Assembly: GCA_036785375.1 (NCBI GenBank)
Contig: JAWMAR010000082.1
Span: 3,038,001 to 3,102,000, forward strand
Length of the DNA: 64,000 nucleotides
Origin: Leucoraja ocellata
Lineage: Eukaryota
Direction: 5' to 3'
Both the position numbers and the translations under genes were made by a program. The first letter of the stretch is position 1. The number at the start of each line of letters is the position of its first letter. This document shows, piece after piece, positions 59,785 to 64,000 of this stretch. Under the pieces are notes generated by a model. The model saw only the letters and a program-made list of their open reading frames with translations. It had not been told where the DNA came from and searched no databases.

Positions 59785-62123
59785 GCTTTCCAACGTGGGG
59801 AGAAATGGCGGATGGAATATAATCCAAGTAAATATGAGGTGTTGCACTTTGGTGGGGCAAATGTATGGGAAAATATACAATTAATGGCATGACCCTCAAA
59901 AGCATTGATGTACAGAGGGATCTTGAGGATGCAAGTCCAAAACTCCCAGAAGCCATAGTACGCTTGCTTTCATAGGTCGGAGCATTGAGCAAAAGAGTCA
60001 GGAAGTCATGATGCAGTTTTATAGGACTTTGGTTAGGCTGCACTTGAAGTATTGCAGGCACTTCTAGTCACCCCATACCAGGAAGGATGTGGAAATTTTG
60101 GAAAGGGGGGGCAGAGGAGGTTTACCAGAATTATGCTTGGATTAGGGGATATTAGCTACAGGGAGCAGTTGGACAGACTTGGGCATCCCCGGGTGCGTTC
60201 TCAGGGCCTGTGCTGCGCAGCTGACAGATGTCTGGACTCACATCTTCAACCTGTCACATGCCCAAGCGGTTGACTGCACGTGCCTTAAAACCACCTCCAT
60301 CGTGCCGGTGCCAAAACACTCCACTGCGGCAAGCCTCAACGACTTCCGCCCAGTTGCACTTACCCCCATCATCACCAAGTGCTTCGAGAGGCTGGTCCTG
60401 GCACACCTCAATGGCTGCCTACCCTCCACATTGGATCCCTATCAGTTTGCCTACCTCAAAACAGCAGAAAGGAGGATGCCATCTCAACGGCACTTCACTC
60501 CGCCCTCTCCCACCTCGACAACAGAGACACATACACAAGAATGCTGTTCATTGATTACAGCTCAGCATTCAACACCATTATACCCTCTAAACTGGTCACC
60601 AAACTTGGTGACCTGGGCATCGACCCCTCCCTCTGCAACTGGATATTGGACTTTCTAACTAACAGACCCCAGTCTGTTAGGTTAGACAAGCACACCTCTT
60701 CAACCCTCACCCTGAACACCGGCGTTCCACAGGGCTGTGTGCTGAGCCCCCTCCTCTACTCCCTCTTCACTTACGACTGCACACCTGTACATGGTACTAA
60801 CACCATCATCAAGTATGCAGATGATACAACGGTGATTGGCCTCATCAGCAACAACGATGAGTCGGCCTATAGGGAGGAGGTCCAGCACTTAGCAGCATGG
60901 TGCGCTGACAACAACCTGGCCCTTAACTCCAAGAAGACCAAGGAGCTCATTGCTGACTTCAGAAAGTCTAGGTGCGGCACGCACACCCCCATCCACATTA
61001 ACGGGACGGAGGTGGAACGTGTTTCCAACTTCAGGTTCCTGGGGGTCAACATCTCCGATTACCTCTCTTGGACCCACAATACCTCATCTCTGGTCAAGAA
61101 GGCTCACCAGCGTCTCTTCTTCCTGAGGAGACTGAAGAAGGTCCATCTGTCTCCTCAGATTCTGGTGAACTTCTACCGCTGCACCATCGAGAGCATCCTT
61201 ATCAACTGTATCACAGTATGGTATGGCAACTGCTCTGTCTCCAACCAGAAAGCACTGCAGAGGGTGGTGAAAATTGCCCAACGCATCACCGATTCTTCAC
61301 TCCCCTCCATTGAGTCTGTCCAAAGCAAGCGTTGATTGTGAAGGGCGCTCAGCATCGTCAAGGACTGCTCTCACCCCAACCACAGACTGTTTACCCTCCT
61401 CCCATCCGGGAGGCGCTACAGGTCTCTCCGTTGCCGGACCAGCAGATCCAGGAACAGCTTCTTCCCTGCGGCTGTTACATTACTCAACACTGTACCTCGG
61501 TGACTGCCAATCACCACCCTCCTTCCCCCCCTCTCCTCCCCCCCCCCCCCCCCCCCGGACACTCCTTCCAACAGGAAAAAAAAATTGCACTACTTTGACT
61601 GTATGCACGTAAATATATTTATTTATTGCTCATATTCTATGTCGCTCTTGTAGGGAGATGCTAACTGCATTTCGTTGTCTCTGTACTGTACACTGCACAA
61701 TGACAATAAAGTTTGAATCTGAATCTGACTTGGATTGTTTTCTGTGCAACGCCGGAGGTTGCATGGAGATCTTATAGAAGTACATCAAATTATTAGAGGC
61801 ATCGATGGAGAGTCAGAACCTTCTTCCCAGAATGGAAAAATCTAATATTAAAGGGTATAGCTTTAAGGTGAGAAGGGTAAAGTTTAAAGGAGGTGTGCAG
61901 AACAAGTCTTTTACGCAGAGGGTGGCGAGTGCCTGGAATGTGCTGCCGGGGTTGGTGGTTGAGGCAGATACGATAGTGGTATTGAAGAGACATTTGGATA
62001 GACATATGGATGTGCAGGGAATGAAGGGATATGGATGTGTAGGCAGATAAGAGTAGGTCTTGCCATCATGTTCCACACAGACACTGTGGGCCGAAGGGCC
62101 TGTTGTGCTGTACTATTCTATGT
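59785..62123 (+). mobile_element. Old CR1 LINE 3' portion split by a Rex1 insertion
   Basis: CR1 ORF2-like sequence at 59790-60182 resumes at 61727 (ESQNLLPRMEKSNIKGYSFKVRRVKFKG..FTQRVASAWNVLP) and ends 'gggccgaagggcctgttgtgctgtactattctatg'. Confidence 0.88.
60183..61726 (+). pseudogene. Young 5'-truncated Rex1/Babar LINE with near-complete RT domain (one frameshift at ~60460, one premature stop at 61333)
   Basis: [56 protein letters not shown]; (GAATCT)n tail; TSD GACTTGG (60176-60182 and 61727-61733). Confidence 0.96.
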
Positions 62124-62571
62124 GAAGGAAGGTTTAAACCAAAGATAGACACAAAAATTCAGTTTAGTTTAGTTTAGAGAAACTGCACGGTAACAGGCTC
62201 TGCGGCCCACCGAGTCCTCACAGACTAACGATCCCCGCACATTAACACCATCTTACACGCACTAGGGACAATTTTACGTATACACCAGGCCTATTAACTT
62301 ATATACCTGTATGTCTTTGGAGTGTGGGAGGAAACCAAAGATCGCGGAGAACACTTATGCAGTAACGGGGGGACCATACAAACTCCTTACAGACAGCACC
62401 CTTAGCCTGGATCGAACCCGGGTCTCTGGCGCTGCAAGCACTGATAGGCAGCAACTCTACCATCACGCCACCATGGCTGAAGAACGGCCTGGACCCGAAA
62501 CGTCACCTCTTCCTTTTCTCCAGAGATGCTGTCTGATCCGCTGAGTTACTCCAGCTTTTTGTGTCTGTCTA
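62124..62571. mobile_element. Composite Penelope mini-element: inverted piece (62124-62160) plus sense hammerhead module (62476-62571), split by a SINE
   Basis: gctgaagaacggcctggacccgaaacgtcacc...; imperfect 16-bp TSD CTGTACTATTCTATGT / CTGTACTATACTAGGT. Confidence 0.7.
62161..62474 (-). mobile_element. HE1/V-SINE-like SINE
   Basis: (TTTAG)n tail, core, and reverse B box 'ggatcgaaccc'. Confidence 0.9.
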
Positions 62572-62934
62572 CTGTACTATACTAGGTTCTGCGTTCTATT
62601 GTGAATAAGAATAGATCAAAAACTCTCACGTTTGTCTTCCCAAAATGAACCATCTCACCACTAGCTGGGATGTTACCTGCACACTCAGTGCCTCCGGGCG
62701 AGGGAGAGTCAGAGAAATGCAGCAGCTGTTCCCTACAATTAATCAGGGACTCAACCGCATCTGCTGAATGGTGTACTTGGCTTGTGGTGTGTGGGGGCAA
62801 GCCTTGGCTCACCTTTCATGTCTCTCAGTCAGACAACTTGTCTCACTGTCTGAGCCTGCATATTCGCCCATACCTCATGCAAAATATTGGGAACGTTATT
62901 GAAAATAAGCATAGTATATGTAATGATTTATTGA

Positions 62935-63235
62935 ACGCAGCACAGAAAGGGGACCTTCAGCCCACTGAGACCATGGTAAACCATCAAACTGCAATGCGCA
63001 CTGACCCCATTTGATTCTCTCCACATTCTCAACTCACCTACCTTACCCCCCCCCCCCTTGAGGTTTTACCCTTCACCCACACACTTGTGCCAATTAACGT
63101 ACCAAGCAACATGCGGGTCTTTGGGATGTGGAAAGAAACATGGCCACACCAAGAGCAAATTCTACACTGGAGGCAACTGAGGTTTTCACCTCTCGAGAAT
63201 CAATATGAACAGTAATCCCGAGGTCAGAACTGCAT
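62935..63235 (-). mobile_element. Degraded SINE
   Basis: cagcacagaaaggggaccttcagcccactgag...ccaattaac...gtctttgggatgtggaaagaaac. Confidence 0.55.
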
Positions 63236-64000
63236 TTCACTCCAGTGAAACCAGGACAGATAATAGAGGAAAACACAAATGGCTTGCAATGAAGTGAGAC
63301 AAAGCAAAGTCACAGAAGGTTCAATCCATATTAGCAACTCTGTATGGAGAGCACTTGCCAGTCAAACCCAACATTCATTGATAGGGAACCAGCAGCAATG
63401 GCATTATTATATATCTGGGACAGACGTTTGCATCACAAATCCTAAAACTTTTATTCTCTACAATTATGACCAGAACCACGGGCACATTTACCTCACACAT
63501 GAGCAAAACCATAGCACACTGGTTCACGACAAGATACTTTGCATTTCTTCTCTCAGTTTGAAAAAACCATCATGCATGCCTTTGACAGTCACCGCAACCA
63601 GGTTAAACTTCACTTGGTTTCACTATAATAATACGTGACCTTTCGGGGCTTCGCATACAGGCAACTAAAAGGGATTTTTTGGCATCATAGATTTGTATTT
63701 CAAACAGATGTCGGTTTTCGTGGATGAATTGAAAACATTCTCATTCAAAGACAATAAATGTAGAACAAAGAGGCACAGATAATGAAGACAAAATACATCT
63801 GACAAAATGGAGTGCAAGAGGATATGGCATGCACTGCTGAAAAACCCATCATTTTTATTTATGAAGTTTTTGAAAATGCTGGTATCTCAACAGGATGATC
63901 ACTGCGAAACAGAAATTCTGCCGTGATAAAATCAGTCAGCCGGATTTTTTAATAACATTGTGAGAATAAATTCAGCAAATTCTATGGGGATATAAGTCCC

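Noticed and set aside
1-64000. Prokaryotic-type systems (operons, CRISPR arrays, defence islands) or an intact host gene
   Set aside because: The content is vertebrate repeat-rich non-coding DNA with no supportable exon chain; isolated GTAAGT/GTGAGT donors are expected by chance.

Overview
This is a eukaryotic, AT-rich, repeat-dense window with no host protein-coding gene that I can support, so it is probably intronic or intergenic. The repeat repertoire suggests a vertebrate, most likely a cartilaginous fish such as a skate or ray (inference): HE1/V-SINE-like tRNA SINEs with CR1 tails, CR1 and Rex1/Babar LINE fragments, Penelope-like (PLE) GIY-YIG fragments, an IR/DR Tc1, and Harbinger and hAT MITEs. 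The only recognisable proteins are transposon-derived: Rex1 reverse transcriptase, PLE GIY-YIG endonuclease and Tc1 transposase. The most notable signal is about a dozen dispersed Penelope-derived inserts. Most carry an intact, decayed or truncated minimal hammerhead-ribozyme-like motif (CUGAnGA-A-stemII-GAAA-CG-UH). Many are only 87-134 bp long, start at or inside that motif, have their own 7-16 bp TSDs, and some have inverted 5' pieces. Also present are an orphan 139-bp structured insert with an (AAG)n tail, several GC-rich non-coding elements with LINE-type tails, and an unclassified ~1 kb TIR element. Family names come from recognising motifs by eye, not from database searches, and boundaries of degraded repeats are approximate.
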